Shown: piece by piece, positions 19,457-31,021 of the stretch
Layout: every line of letters starts with the position of its first letter
How positions within the stretch are numbered: position 1 is the first letter of the stretch
NCBI GenBank assembly: GCA_040380025.1
Contig: JBEIJY010000001.1
Coordinates: 96,001 to 160,000, forward strand
DNA from: Bdellovibrionales bacterium
GTDB taxonomy: Bacteria > Bdellovibrionota > UBA1018 > CAIMNF01
Reading direction: 5' to 3'
Length of the DNA: 64,000 nt
Program-made: the position numbers and the translations under genes
Notes under the pieces: model-generated
Told to the model about the DNA's origin: nothing
The model's input: the letters and a program-made list of their open reading frames with translations, nothing else
Databases searched by the model: none

Positions 19457-20509
19457 ATGCACGAAGTCGGACTCATTGTCGGGAAGTTCTCGCCGCTCCA
19501 TTCGGGGCATGTTCATGCCATCGAAGAGGCCCGGAGGCAGTGCCGCGAGCTGATCATTTTGACCTATTCGAACCCCGAGTTCGAGGGGTGCGAGCGAGAA
19601 AGACGGGAGCGATGGCTGAGGCGGCTGTTCTGCGATTCGAGAATTATCGCACTCAATCAAGAATCGGTGCCGGACCAAGTACTGCCGCTGAACAGCGCAA
19701 GCGACCACGAACAACGGGAGTTTGTGGCATGGGTTCTCGAGACACTGCTTTGCGAGAACCGAATCGGACTTCTGCCGGATGTGGTTTTCACGAGCGAGTC
19801 TTACGGTCCTGGGTTTGCCCGGCACCTCTCGGATCGGTTCAAAAAACTGGTCGAACACATCGCGATTGATCCTTCCCGATCGCGCTACCCCGTCTCGGCG
19901 TCTCTGATCCGGGCTGATCTTCATGGCCAAAGGCACTGGCTCCCGCCCGAGGTGTATCGCGATTTTGTTCAAAAGGTCCTTTTCCTCGGCGCCGAGAGCA
20001 CCGGCAAAAGCACGCTCTCGCGACGAATGGCCCATGATTTCGACAGCATCGCCATCGAGGAATTCGGACGAACCCTCTGGGAGCAAAAAAACGGACTCCT
20101 CGATTTTTCTGACATGCTGGCGATCGGGTGCGGGCAAATCGAGCGCGAGGAGGAGCGCCTGGGGAGGGCGAACCGGTTTTTGTTCTGCGACACCTCCCCC
20201 CTCAGCACCGTTTTTTACAGCGAGGCCTTGTTCGGCCGGGTCGATCCCCGCCTCATGGAACACGCCCGGAGACACTATGATCAGGTCTTTCTTTGCTTCC
20301 CGGATTTTCCACTCGTTCAGGACGGAACCCGCTCGGACGAGGCGTTCCGGAAACGCCACCATGATTGGTACATTCGGGAGCTCGCAGAGAGAAAAATCCC
20401 CTATCACGAACTGCGAGGGCCGCTTGAGGACCGGGTACGGGAGACGCATGCAATGATCGGGAAAACCAGCATTCATTCTGAAGTTGTCAAATTGAACAAC
20501 ATAGAGTAG
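19457..20509 (+). CDS. nadR: NadR-type NMN adenylyltransferase / ribosylnicotinamide kinase (no HTH)
   Basis: GKFSPLHSGH (HxGH), VFTSESYG, PVSASLIR, LGAESTGKSTL, FCDT, QDGTR. Confidence 0.85.
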   Translation: MHEVGLIVGKFSPLHSGHVHAIEEARRQCRELIILTYSNPEFEGCERERRERWLRRLFCDSRIIALNQESVPDQVLPLNSASDHEQREFVAWVLETLLCENRIGLLPDVVFTSESYGPGFARHLSDRFKKLVEHIAIDPSRSRYPVSASLIRADLHGQRHWLPPEVYRDFVQKVLFLGAESTGKSTLSRRMAHDFDSIAIEEFGRTLWEQKNGLLDFSDMLAIGCGQIEREEERLGRANRFLFCDTSPLSTVFYSEALFGRVDPRLMEHARRHYDQVFLCFPDFPLVQDGTRSDEAFRKRHHDWYIRELAERKIPYHELRGPLEDRVRETHAMIGKTSIHSEVVKLNNIE

Positions 20510-20524
20510 ACTGGGATTTGGTAG

Positions 20525-20836
20525 ATGACCTGACGGGAATACATTACAAGAATTACCGTTAACTCCAGAAGCATCCGTAAAGTGGTGATTGATTCCCACT
20601 ATGAGGTCAAACACGGAAGCGCAATGAATGACGACTTAATCTTAAGGTTAGTCAGACTTCTTGATGGTGGTACCTTTCCCTCTCAAGAACGCGATGAACC
20701 TTATGATTACTTCGTAAATGACGGGCTGTTTTTGGATGGTAAGTGCTACAAACCAATCTGACTACTTGAGGATCACGGACTTTACCTTGGGGTAGTCAAT
20801 GCCTACAGAAGGAAAAATCATGGGATTTCCAGGTGA
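20525..20836 (+). pseudogene. Interrupted toxin-like gene (two in-frame TGA)
   Basis: MT*REYITRITVNSRSIRKVVIDSHYEVKH...YKPI*LLEDHGLYLGVVNAYRR; TGA at 20531 and 20759; overlaps the start of the downstream HTH gene. Confidence 0.6.
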
Positions 20837-21122
20837 AAAGAAACTATCCGCAGTCCGATCCAAACTTCAAAAAAAGGACGGATTTCTGATGCTCTCACCC
20901 GGGGCGGATGAGCTTGATCAATTCAGATTTCGGATTTGTCAGGAGATTTTGAAATACGCCCTTCGCAAGAAGCTCACCGCAAGCGAGATGTCGAAACTGC
21001 TTGGAATCACCAAGGCGGACATGAGCAGGATCTTCAATCACCGGATCAAACGATTCAGTACCGACCGACTGATTCGAATTTACTCCAAGATCAATCCCCG
21101 CTACCGCCTGCGCGTAGCCTGA
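20820..21122 (+). CDS. XRE/HigA-like HTH protein (putative antitoxin)
   Basis: LTASEMSKLLGITKADMSRIFNHRIKRFSTDRL HTH_37-like motif. Confidence 0.8.
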   Translation: MGFPGEKKLSAVRSKLQKKDGFLMLSPGADELDQFRFRICQEILKYALRKKLTASEMSKLLGITKADMSRIFNHRIKRFSTDRLIRIYSKINPRYRLRVA

Positions 21123-21127
21123 TTGAA

Positions 21128-23008
21128 TCATCGTCTTTGAAACAACGAGGCGAAACCTCCGAGCACCAAACACACCCCGAAATCGAGCGGATGAATCGGA
21201 TTCATCTCGAACAACCGGCATAGCTCGGGGCTTCGTAGCACCAAAAAAAACACCGAGACCGCAACCATCCCCGCAAGCGCCCGATACAGGGTTCGCTGAC
21301 CCATGATCATCAGCCCCGCATTCGCAAAAACAAAAGTCGTGAGCATGAGGGCACGCACATCCCACTCGCCTTTTCCCTGAAACCACGCGAACACTCCCAC
21401 CACCGCCAGAGACGCAAGAATGCGAAGGCTTCGCACGAGCGCCTTTCGGAGAAGAACCGGATCGCGAAACGCCGCCCTCACGGGTCCGCCCGTGAGCATC
21501 TCTCTTGCCGGATCCTGCACAAACACCAAAAGTCCGAAGGGCACCAGCACAAATGCCAGAACCACCAAATGAAGCGGCAAAAAAACGGGTGGCAAGCCCG
21601 TGACCATCGGTAACAGCACCGCTCCCGCCATTGCCATCCGGACCGACGCAAGATATGCGATTGCACTCTTCATTCGGATCACTTCGCATCGCGACTCCAT
21701 GACGGCCTCGCGCACAAGAGCGGCATCATCCCGAAGAAGTACGAGCTGAGACTTTTCTCGCAATGAATCGGGACCCTTGTACCCGGGAGCAATCGAGACC
21801 TCGGCCTCGGCAAACACGGCCTGATCTTGTACCGAATCGCCGAGAAGGATCACCCGCTCGCCTTTTCGTCGAAGAATCCGAAGAAGCCTGCTCTTTTGCT
21901 TGGACTGAAGCCCCTGAAATACCGGCACCGGATTTGCCGCAGAACTGCCCGTCGATTCGCGCGCAATTTGGGCATCATCCATCAAGTCGAACGCATCGGA
22001 GACAATGCGGTTTTCCGGATGATTTGCAGGGTGATGGAAACCGTGATTTTCGCGATGAACCTCCGCCTCCCCAGCCTGAGCCAGCACCGTGACTGCGACT
22101 CCCTCGACGGGATCACGCAAAAAAACTCCCGCATGGTGATGGTCCAAAACCACGCGATTCGCGCCCGAAAGCCCCTCGATCGCACTCGAATCCCGAACGG
22201 CGATTCCGGCGGCAAGAAGCCTTGCCGCACTTTGCTCGGCGAAAATCCGGATCAGTGCTGGCATCTCGGCCGGGATTGCCGCCAGAAGAAACCCCACACT
22301 GAAATCCACCCCATCCGACCAATCCTTCCGAAGGGCCACGAACAAAAACAACAAAACCCCGCTTAAGGGCACGGTGATCCAGAACCACTGCCGTAAAAAA
22401 TCGCGCGCCTCCGCAAGGAGTCCTCGCTCTGCTCCACGCCCTTCTTCTACCTCGATCCACTCCGCGGGGAGATCGCGGGACCTCGGTTTCGCCGCGCGGA
22501 TCCTCACCACGCCCGAGCCACGGGTCACGACCGAACCGGGTGCCAGCATCTCGTGCATCGGGGTTGCCACACTGAGTTCGATCGGGGAGCCGGCAAGGAG
22601 CTCGGCCTCGGCCGGAACCCGATCGCCCTCTTCGAGGAGCACGAGGTCCTCCCGCACGAGTTCGGAATGGGGAATCCGGAAGGTTCGGCCGTCGCGAATG
22701 ACTTGCGGCCGACAGGTCGCCCATTCGCGCCAACGCTCGAGCCTGATTTTTGCGCGCCAGCGTTGCATCAAAAGACCCGCTAACAAAGCGGCGAGAATGA
22801 TCGCGGTCCGCCATCCCGAGGAGCCTCCGGTCGCAAAGAGCGCAACACATCCGAGGGCCACCATGGCTGTGAACGGGTCAAAAATGGCCCGAAGGACTTT
22901 CTTGGGACTCCGCGAGTGAAACCGAAAAATCGAGCTCGTGCCTTCGGCCTCAAGCCTTGATTTCGCGAGGGATTGGGTGATTCCTGAGAACACGGGCTCC
23001 CGGGCCAT
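21128..23008 (-). CDS. P-type ATPase homologue with eroded catalytic motifs
   Basis: VIRDG, EGDRVPA, LAAIPAEMP, LVLLRDD and C-terminal TM helices present; DKTGT, TGES and GDGxND not intact; 626 aa. Confidence 0.75.
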   Translation of the reverse strand: MAREPVFSGITQSLAKSRLEAEGTSSIFRFHSRSPKKVLRAIFDPFTAMVALGCVALFATGGSSGWRTAIILAALLAGLLMQRWRAKIRLERWREWATCRPQVIRDGRTFRIPHSELVREDLVLLEEGDRVPAEAELLAGSPIELSVATPMHEMLAPGSVVTRGSGVVRIRAAKPRSRDLPAEWIEVEEGRGAERGLLAEARDFLRQWFWITVPLSGVLLFLFVALRKDWSDGVDFSVGFLLAAIPAEMPALIRIFAEQSAARLLAAGIAVRDSSAIEGLSGANRVVLDHHHAGVFLRDPVEGVAVTVLAQAGEAEVHRENHGFHHPANHPENRIVSDAFDLMDDAQIARESTGSSAANPVPVFQGLQSKQKSRLLRILRRKGERVILLGDSVQDQAVFAEAEVSIAPGYKGPDSLREKSQLVLLRDDAALVREAVMESRCEVIRMKSAIAYLASVRMAMAGAVLLPMVTGLPPVFLPLHLVVLAFVLVPFGLLVFVQDPAREMLTGGPVRAAFRDPVLLRKALVRSLRILASLAVVGVFAWFQGKGEWDVRALMLTTFVFANAGLMIMGQRTLYRALAGMVAVSVFFLVLRSPELCRLFEMNPIHPLDFGVCLVLGGFASLFQRR

Positions 23009-23048
23009 GCGAAGGAAATGTGCAAGTCCCGCACCGGAATCTGATGGA

Positions 23049-24362
23049 TCAAAACAAATCGGCGATGCTTTGTTTTGGCACCTGATACAACTGCGAGCCG
23101 GGCGAGGGATAATTCTGCTGATCTCCCGTGAACATCAAAAGATCCAAAGTCGGGAGATGGTTCCTGAATGCTCCCCCCCTTCCCGAGGAAAGATACGGGT
23201 AAGAGACTGTGCGCATCCCGGGAAACCCTACTTGTTTGATCTCGTTGGTGTCGGCCTTGACGATGTAAGCTGTGTCATAACCGATGGCCAAAAAGTATAG
23301 GTTTGTTCCTACCTCAAATGCACGAATCCAAATTACTTTCCGCCCATTCGTCCACTGCAGGGGAGTTTCCGGACCCACCGCTCCCAATGCGGAGATGAAT
23401 CGCATTTTGAATTCGAAATTCTGCGGATTCTTTCGATCCTTGTAGATCGCGATCACCTCTCCATTCGATCTTTCGAACAGCTCTGACTGCTCGGCGATCT
23501 CGGGGTACTGATCCGTGATTGCGAGAGGATCCTGGGAGAGATCAAACAGCATCGATTCACTCCACGAGGCTCCATCAAACGAGAAGAAAGGGATTTTATA
23601 ATAGCGATTGAAGGCCGGGGGTCCGGGTACGAACTCGTCCTGGACCGGAAGCAAAAACGCCCGGCCGGAGTCTTTGTAAACCACATAAGGATACCAATAG
23701 TCCGTCGGAAGTTGGGTGATCTTTTGCTCGGTCCAAGCACCGTTCGGGGCTTTCGTATACAGAAACAAAGTCTTCGAATTGGAAACGGGATCGAGAAACA
23801 AGCCGTATGACACCGCAAGATGCCCCTGTCCGTTCGAGGTTGCTCCGACCCGGATGTTCACGACTTCATCGGTTGGAGAAAGAGCCTGACGGATCACGGT
23901 GCGCGAAGTCTGGGAGAAATCATCGGCTTGGACATTCGCATATTCGTAATGAACCAATGATCCGCACCAGCCACAAATGCTCACATCGTATGGCTCGAAG
24001 GCGATCACATGGAGTTTTCCTGAAGGATCCACCAGAACATTCCCGGGCCTCGATACGGGAATAGAAGCCACCCGGGCCGGTGGAAGCCCGTCCTTTTTTT
24101 TGTAAATGACGAAATCCGCAAGAGTGGTTGTGGCGCCTGTGTCTCCCTCGATGATTCCGTAGTAAATTGACGCTCCAAACCTGCTGATTTTTGTCATGTT
24201 GTACCCCCACCAGGTTGAATTCGGGGAGTGCGTTCGGCTTGACGGCAGAATCGTCAACGAGAGTCCGGGAATTGAAACTACCGGTTCTTTGGAAGAGCAG
24301 GAAAAAATGCTCAAAACCATGACGGATGCCGCAAGGGTTGGAAGCAGAAAGTTTCGGATCAT
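23049..24362 (-). CDS. Hypothetical beta-rich lipoprotein (propeller/BNR-like)
   Basis: MIRNFLLPTLAASVMVLSIFS|C lipobox; repeated beta blades (TKAPNGAWTE, SFDGASWSE). Confidence 0.6.
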   Translation of the reverse strand: MIRNFLLPTLAASVMVLSIFSCSSKEPVVSIPGLSLTILPSSRTHSPNSTWWGYNMTKISRFGASIYYGIIEGDTGATTTLADFVIYKKKDGLPPARVASIPVSRPGNVLVDPSGKLHVIAFEPYDVSICGWCGSLVHYEYANVQADDFSQTSRTVIRQALSPTDEVVNIRVGATSNGQGHLAVSYGLFLDPVSNSKTLFLYTKAPNGAWTEQKITQLPTDYWYPYVVYKDSGRAFLLPVQDEFVPGPPAFNRYYKIPFFSFDGASWSESMLFDLSQDPLAITDQYPEIAEQSELFERSNGEVIAIYKDRKNPQNFEFKMRFISALGAVGPETPLQWTNGRKVIWIRAFEVGTNLYFLAIGYDTAYIVKADTNEIKQVGFPGMRTVSYPYLSSGRGGAFRNHLPTLDLLMFTGDQQNYPSPGSQLYQVPKQSIADLF

Positions 24363-25043
24363 TCCATGCTGGAGTTTCTTCACTTCTACTCTTCGGTTCC
24401 CTGCTTTTTTTCTTAAACACCCCGTCGCACTCAAGCGGCCTCGTTGCAAAAAACCTGAAAAGGGACGAAATTTCCCGCGAATTCTTGAAAAATTCTCGTC
24501 CCCGGAACAAGGGAGAATCAATTGATGGAACTCAAAAAAGATGTTCTTTTTTTTTGAATTCACCCGCCATAAGGTGCGGGTGGGTTTGAAAAAGGAGGCA
24601 CCGATGATGATTTGCACACTCAACCCGGACTCCCGCATCCTGATTGCGAGCGGGGATTCCCTTCTTTTGGATCTGCTTTGCGAGGCGATCCAGCTCGGAG
24701 GGGCGGAAGCGATCCGCGCAGGATCGATTCAGGATGCACTGCTGATGCTCAAAAGAAAATCAATCCACGCCGTGGTTGCGGACTCGAAGATGATGGACGG
24801 CTCAGGCGTGGACCTGATTCGAAGAATCCGAAGCCAAGGGATCCTGATTCCGGGCGCTCTGATGATGGGTCGGGACCCGGAGCCCGCAGAGCTCGCCCTG
24901 CTTTCAGGAGATGCGGAGGTCGTATTCCGGAAGCCCTTTGGAATCGACGATTTTTTGGCGGGCTTGCGAGAAATGCTCGACCAGCAACTTCCGGGCCTCC
25001 GGTTTCAGGCACCCCTCCGGCCAAAGGGCTCCGCGCGATCCGC

Positions 25044-26678
<1,635 letters not shown>

Positions 26679-26729
26679 GGAAGCTTGATCTTACCTTTTT
26701 CTTTGATTTTTATCGAGTTCGAAGCGCAA

Positions 26730-27746
26730 TCAGGCCCGCAGGGCCGAGCGTTTGATCATGAGCTGGGGCCCCGAGAAGAATTTGCGGAGCGCCTCCTCGA
26801 TTCCGTCGTAGCTTGCGGAGGCCTGGATCCGGCCCTGAAGATGCTCTCCGAACTGCACCCAAGGCTTGCCCCACACTACCAAAAAGAGCATGCGGCGCTT
26901 GCCGGCCTCCCAGGGGTAATGCGTGCGGAGCTCTTGCAGGACCCGAAGCAGGAACTCGCCATACCAGGCCCCTTGGGTGGCCGGATCGGGCTCGGGCTCG
27001 TTCCGGATGAGCCAGGGCTTTGCGATCATCGCGCGCCCCACCATCACGCGATCGCACTCGGATTCGTGAAACAGAGCGCGCATGTCCTCGAAACACTGCA
27101 CATCGCCGTTCCCGATGATCAGGGGATTCATTCCCCGCGAGCGGAACTCGCGCTTCAGCTTGCGGATGAGATTCCAATCGGCCGTGCCTTTTCGTTTTTG
27201 CTCGGCGGTTCGGGGGTGGATCGTGATCCACGCGGCGCCGGCCTCGAAAAGGCCCTCGACAAAGCCCAAGAGCTGCGAGAAATCCTGTCCGCCGATTCCG
27301 GCCCGGAGCTTCACACTCACCGGCACGCTCGCATGGCGCACGGTCATGCGCACGACCTCTTTTGCGTATGCGGGATCGCCCATGAGCGCGACCCCGTAGT
27401 TGTGCTTCAGGGCTTTTTGCACCGGGCACCCCATATTGATGTCGATCGCGCTCGCGCCCCACGATTCGAGCCTGGGCACCGAAAGACGGATGAACTCTTC
27501 TTCGTTCGCCAACAGTTGGGGGCAGAGCCCGTATTCGGCATCATGGAAATAAATCTCGGGAAACTCATTCGGGCGCTGCGAGGGAATGCGCCGGGAATTC
27601 AGCATCTCGGTGGGCCAGAGAACGCGCGCGCCTCCGGGAAGAAACTGCCTCACCCCGCAGCGAACGGCATAATGCGTGAGCCCCACCATCGGGGCCAGCA
27701 TGATCGGATGCGGAGACAATCGATCGAGAGGATTATTCGAGCTCAT
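26730..27746 (-). CDS. tRNA-dihydrouridine synthase (Dus family)
   Basis: LAPMVG, IDINMGCP, PVSVKLR, IHPRT, IGNGDV, VMVGR. Confidence 0.92.
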   Translation of the reverse strand: MSSNNPLDRLSPHPIMLAPMVGLTHYAVRCGVRQFLPGGARVLWPTEMLNSRRIPSQRPNEFPEIYFHDAEYGLCPQLLANEEEFIRLSVPRLESWGASAIDINMGCPVQKALKHNYGVALMGDPAYAKEVVRMTVRHASVPVSVKLRAGIGGQDFSQLLGFVEGLFEAGAAWITIHPRTAEQKRKGTADWNLIRKLKREFRSRGMNPLIIGNGDVQCFEDMRALFHESECDRVMVGRAMIAKPWLIRNEPEPDPATQGAWYGEFLLRVLQELRTHYPWEAGKRRMLFLVVWGKPWVQFGEHLQGRIQASASYDGIEEALRKFFSGPQLMIKRSALRA

Positions 27747-28876
27747 CGCCGCCGCGGGCCCAGTTCCCGGTCACGCGGCAGGCAAGGTACGCTTTCAGGT
27801 AGCCGTCGAGGTCGCCGTTCAACACCTGATCGGCACTCGAGGAGGTGTGCCCCGTGCGGTGATCCTTCACCATCTTGTACGGATGAAGCACGTAGGAGCG
27901 GATCTGCGATCCCCAGGAGATGTCTTTCTTGGTGCTCTCGATCGCGTCCATCTTCTTTTTTTCTTCTTCGAGATGCCGCTCGTAAAGACGCGACTTCAGC
28001 ACCTTCATGGCAAGATCGCGGTTTTTGATCTGGGAGCGCTCTTGCTGACAGGTCACGACAATCCCCGAGGGAAAGTGCGTGATCCGGACGGCGGAGTCGG
28101 TGGTGTTCACCCCCTGACCGCCCTTTCCGCCCGCGCGATACACGTCGATTCGAAGATCGGCCGGGTTGATCACGACCTCGAAGTCGTCGTCGACCTCGGG
28201 GGTCACGAACACACTCGTGAACGAGGTGTGACGGCGGGCGTTCGAATCAAACGGAGAAATGCGCACCAGACGATGCACGCCGGCTTCGCTCTTTAACAGC
28301 CCGTACGCGTTCGGTCCGTTCACGGTGAAGGCGACGTTCTTGATGCCAGCCTCGTCGCCCGGAAGTACATCGAGAACCTTCGAATCGAAGCCGTGATCCT
28401 TGGCCCACATTTGATACATGCGGAAGAGCATCTGCGCCCAGTCCTGCGACTCGGTTCCACCGGAACCTGCGTTGATGGTGACGATGGCATTCTTCGGGTC
28501 CATCGGGTCCGAGAGCATTTTTTTCAGTTCGGCCTCTTCGAACTTGAGCGACAGGGGCGCGATCATGTCGGAGGCCTCTTTGAAGAGACTATCGTCTTTT
28601 TCTTCTTCGGCCATCTGGAACATCGTCTCGGCGTCCGAGAGCAAAAGGTCGAGCTCCTTGAACCCGTTCACCTCGGATTCGAGGCGGGATTTCTCCTGGG
28701 TCAGGGTCTTTGCCTTTTTGTTGTCGAGCCAGAAGGATCCTTCGGTCTCGAGATGGGAGATTTCTTCTATGCGGCGGGTTTTCTCAGCGAGGTCAAAGCG
28801 AACCTCGGAGGAACTGAAGCTTCGCTTTCATTTCCTCGAGGGTTTTGCGGATCTCAAATGCTTCCATGGTGCTCAT
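27733..28876 (-). CDS. prfB: Peptide chain release factor 2 (+1 programmed frameshift)
   Basis: GGTESQDW, SPF, GGQ motifs; short first ORF MSTMEAFEIRK...LRGSL* joins the main frame at CTT TGA C. Confidence 0.96.
28792..28807 (-). promoter_or_regulatory. prfB +1 frameshift site with internal SD
   Basis: Minus strand CGAGGTTCG-CTTTGAC; frame arithmetic fits a +1 shift. Confidence 0.9.
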
Positions 28877-28915
28877 ATGGGAAAGACTCTAGCAGGAAAA
28901 CACCCCGCTTGGCAA

Positions 28916-29398
28916 TCAGGAGCGCGCGACCAGGCTTTTTGTTTTCTCGCCCAGAATCTTTTTTTCGAGGCTCGCCATGAGTTCGGCCTCTTTTTTCGAG
29001 GTCTCGTGGTCGAAATGACAAAGATGGAGAAGCCCGTGCACGATCAGAACGTCGATTTCGCGCTTCCAGGAATGCTGGAATTCCTTTGCCTGACGGAGGG
29101 CGACTGGGCCGCATAAAATGAGGTCTCCGAGCATGCCCTGACGCTGGAAGATCTCGGGGGTCGGGAAGCTCAGCACATCGGTGGGAGCAGGCTTCTTGCG
29201 GAACTCGCCGTTCAGCCGGGCCATCGTGACCGGGCCACAGACCGAGATGTCGACCTGGTAGGTTCCCGACTCGCACTCCACGAGGCGGGAGCGCACCTTC
29301 GATTCGCTTATGGTTTTCTTCAAAAGGCGTTTTACCGAACGAACAGCATACTGTTCGATCTCTTTCAGCGGGACCGGTTTTGATCGCATGGATTCCAT
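28916..29398 (-). CDS. ybeY: rRNA maturation endoribonuclease YbeY
   Basis: PTDVLSFP, LGDLIL, VHGLLHLCHFDH. Confidence 0.93.
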   Translation of the reverse strand: MESMRSKPVPLKEIEQYAVRSVKRLLKKTISESKVRSRLVECESGTYQVDISVCGPVTMARLNGEFRKKPAPTDVLSFPTPEIFQRQGMLGDLILCGPVALRQAKEFQHSWKREIDVLIVHGLLHLCHFDHETSKKEAELMASLEKKILGEKTKSLVARS

Positions 29399-29415
29399 GC
29401 TAACAAAGACCCATC

Positions 29416-30276
29416 ATGCCCTACAACGAAGAAGCCACCCTCCGCGCGTTTTCTGAAGTCCTCCGAACCGTAGCCCGCCTGAGGGGCCCCGGGGGATGCC
29501 CCTGGGACCGCGAGCAAACCCACCATTCGTTACGGAAGTTCCTGATCGAAGAGACCTACGAGGTCACCGATGTGCTCGACCGGATCGACGATCCAGCGCG
29601 CCTCAATGAGCCAAATTTACACTTTGCGTTTCGCGAGGAATGGGGAGACCTGCTCCTTCAGATCTTGCTCCATGCCGAGATCGCGACCGAGACGAATCCC
29701 GAGCTCGGGTTCGAGGCGATCGCAAAAACCCTGAACGAGAAGCTGATCCGCCGGCACCCGCATGTGTTCGGCGAGACGACCGTGAGCGGAACCGATGAAG
29801 TGCTCCGGAACTGGGATGAGCTGAAGAAAAAAGAGAAGAAGGATCCGACAGACGGAAGTCTTTTTGACTCGATTCCGAAGAGCATGCCTCCCCTGCCCCG
29901 GACCGAGAAGATCATCGCAAAGGTCACCAAAGCGGGATTCCAGTGGCCGGACCTGAAGGGACCGCTCGCGAAGCTCGAGGAGGAAGTCTCGGAGCTCCGG
30001 TCCGCCCTCGAGAACGCGGACCTCTCGGACCGCGAGACGCGGGCGAAGGTCGAATCCGAGATCGGCGACGTGCTGTTTTCGGTCGCGAACGTGGCGTTTT
30101 TATCAAAAATCAATCCGGATGAGGCCCTTCGCTCGACCCTGAACAAGTTCGAATCGAGATTCCGTCACGTCGAGAACCGCCTTCGGGAATCGGGAAAGAC
30201 CCCCGAGTCATCGAATCTCGAAGAAATGGACCGCCACTGGGACGAAGCAAAACGCCTCGAGCGGGGGCAGAAATGA
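29416..30276 (+). CDS. mazG: Nucleoside triphosphate pyrophosphohydrolase MazG
   Basis: LRGPGGCPWDREQT, EETYEV, EEWGDLL, KLIRRHPHVFG, EIGDVLF. Confidence 0.95.
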   Translation: MPYNEEATLRAFSEVLRTVARLRGPGGCPWDREQTHHSLRKFLIEETYEVTDVLDRIDDPARLNEPNLHFAFREEWGDLLLQILLHAEIATETNPELGFEAIAKTLNEKLIRRHPHVFGETTVSGTDEVLRNWDELKKKEKKDPTDGSLFDSIPKSMPPLPRTEKIIAKVTKAGFQWPDLKGPLAKLEEEVSELRSALENADLSDRETRAKVESEIGDVLFSVANVAFLSKINPDEALRSTLNKFESRFRHVENRLRESGKTPESSNLEEMDRHWDEAKRLERGQK

Positions 30277-30854
30277 AAAAAATCGGCCTGACCGGCGGCA
30301 TCGGCACGGGGAAGTCGACCGTGGCGCGGTTATTCCACGAAATCGCAGGAGTGCCGGTGATGGATGCGGATGCGATGGCCCGCGCCCTTCGCGCTCCGGG
30401 AGGAGAAGCCTCGGCGCCGATTCTGAAGCGCTTCGGAACACTGGATCCTTCGGCCCTCAGGGCGCTTCTTGCCTCGGATTCGAAAGCGAAGGCGGATCTG
30501 GAGGGAATTCTGCACCCCTTGATTCGCGAGAAAACCGCGCAGGAATTCGCCCGGATCGGGCGGGAAAATCCGAATGCGCCTTTTTTGGTTTATGAGGCAA
30601 GCCTGCTGATCGAAGCGGGACGCGCGCAGGATTTTGATGCCGTAATCGTGGTGACGGCGGCTCTGCCCGATCGCCTTGCGCGAATCATGAACCGCGACGG
30701 CTCCTCGAAAGAAGCGGCCCTTGCCCTGATTGGGGCGCAATCGAGCGATGAATTCCGGCTCAAACACGCGGACTACCACATTCAGAATCTCGGAAGCCTC
30801 GAGGATCTCAGGCTTCAGGTGGCGAAAACAGTGGATCAAATCCGGCAGTCATGA
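30273..30854 (+). CDS. coaE: Dephospho-CoA kinase
   Basis: IGLTGGIGTGKSTV, DAD, LEGILHPLI. Confidence 0.95.
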   Translation: MKKIGLTGGIGTGKSTVARLFHEIAGVPVMDADAMARALRAPGGEASAPILKRFGTLDPSALRALLASDSKAKADLEGILHPLIREKTAQEFARIGRENPNAPFLVYEASLLIEAGRAQDFDAVIVVTAALPDRLARIMNRDGSSKEAALALIGAQSSDEFRLKHADYHIQNLGSLEDLRLQVAKTVDQIRQS

Positions 30855-30868
30855 TACCCCCTTAGCCC

Positions 30869-31015
30869 ATGGCAACCAGACTTCGTGTGAAAAGACAAAA
30901 GCAAATCCGCGACCGCGCTTCCGAACACCGGCAAAGCCCGTCCCTCCGTCCCCACAAAATCGATCAGGCGCGTTCCGCCAAGATGAAGAAGCGCAAGCTG
31001 AACCGCGCCCGCTGA
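30869..31015 (+). CDS. Small basic protein (48 aa, below ORF-track cutoff)
   Basis: MATRLRVKRQKQIRDRASEHRQSPSLRPHKIDQARSAKMKKRKLNRAR*; fills the coaE-ppx gap. Confidence 0.5.
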   Translation: MATRLRVKRQKQIRDRASEHRQSPSLRPHKIDQARSAKMKKRKLNRAR

Positions 31016-31021
31016 TTCCGG

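Noticed and set aside
20525..20836. TGA recoding (genetic code 4/25 or selenocysteine)
   Set aside because: TGA terminates many conserved genes here (for example flgE, fliG, fliP) and RF2 is intact.
24462..24502. Imperfect palindrome gggacgaaattt / aaattctcgtccc between divergent genes
   Set aside because: Single bulged copy with no matching regulator or second site; could be chance.
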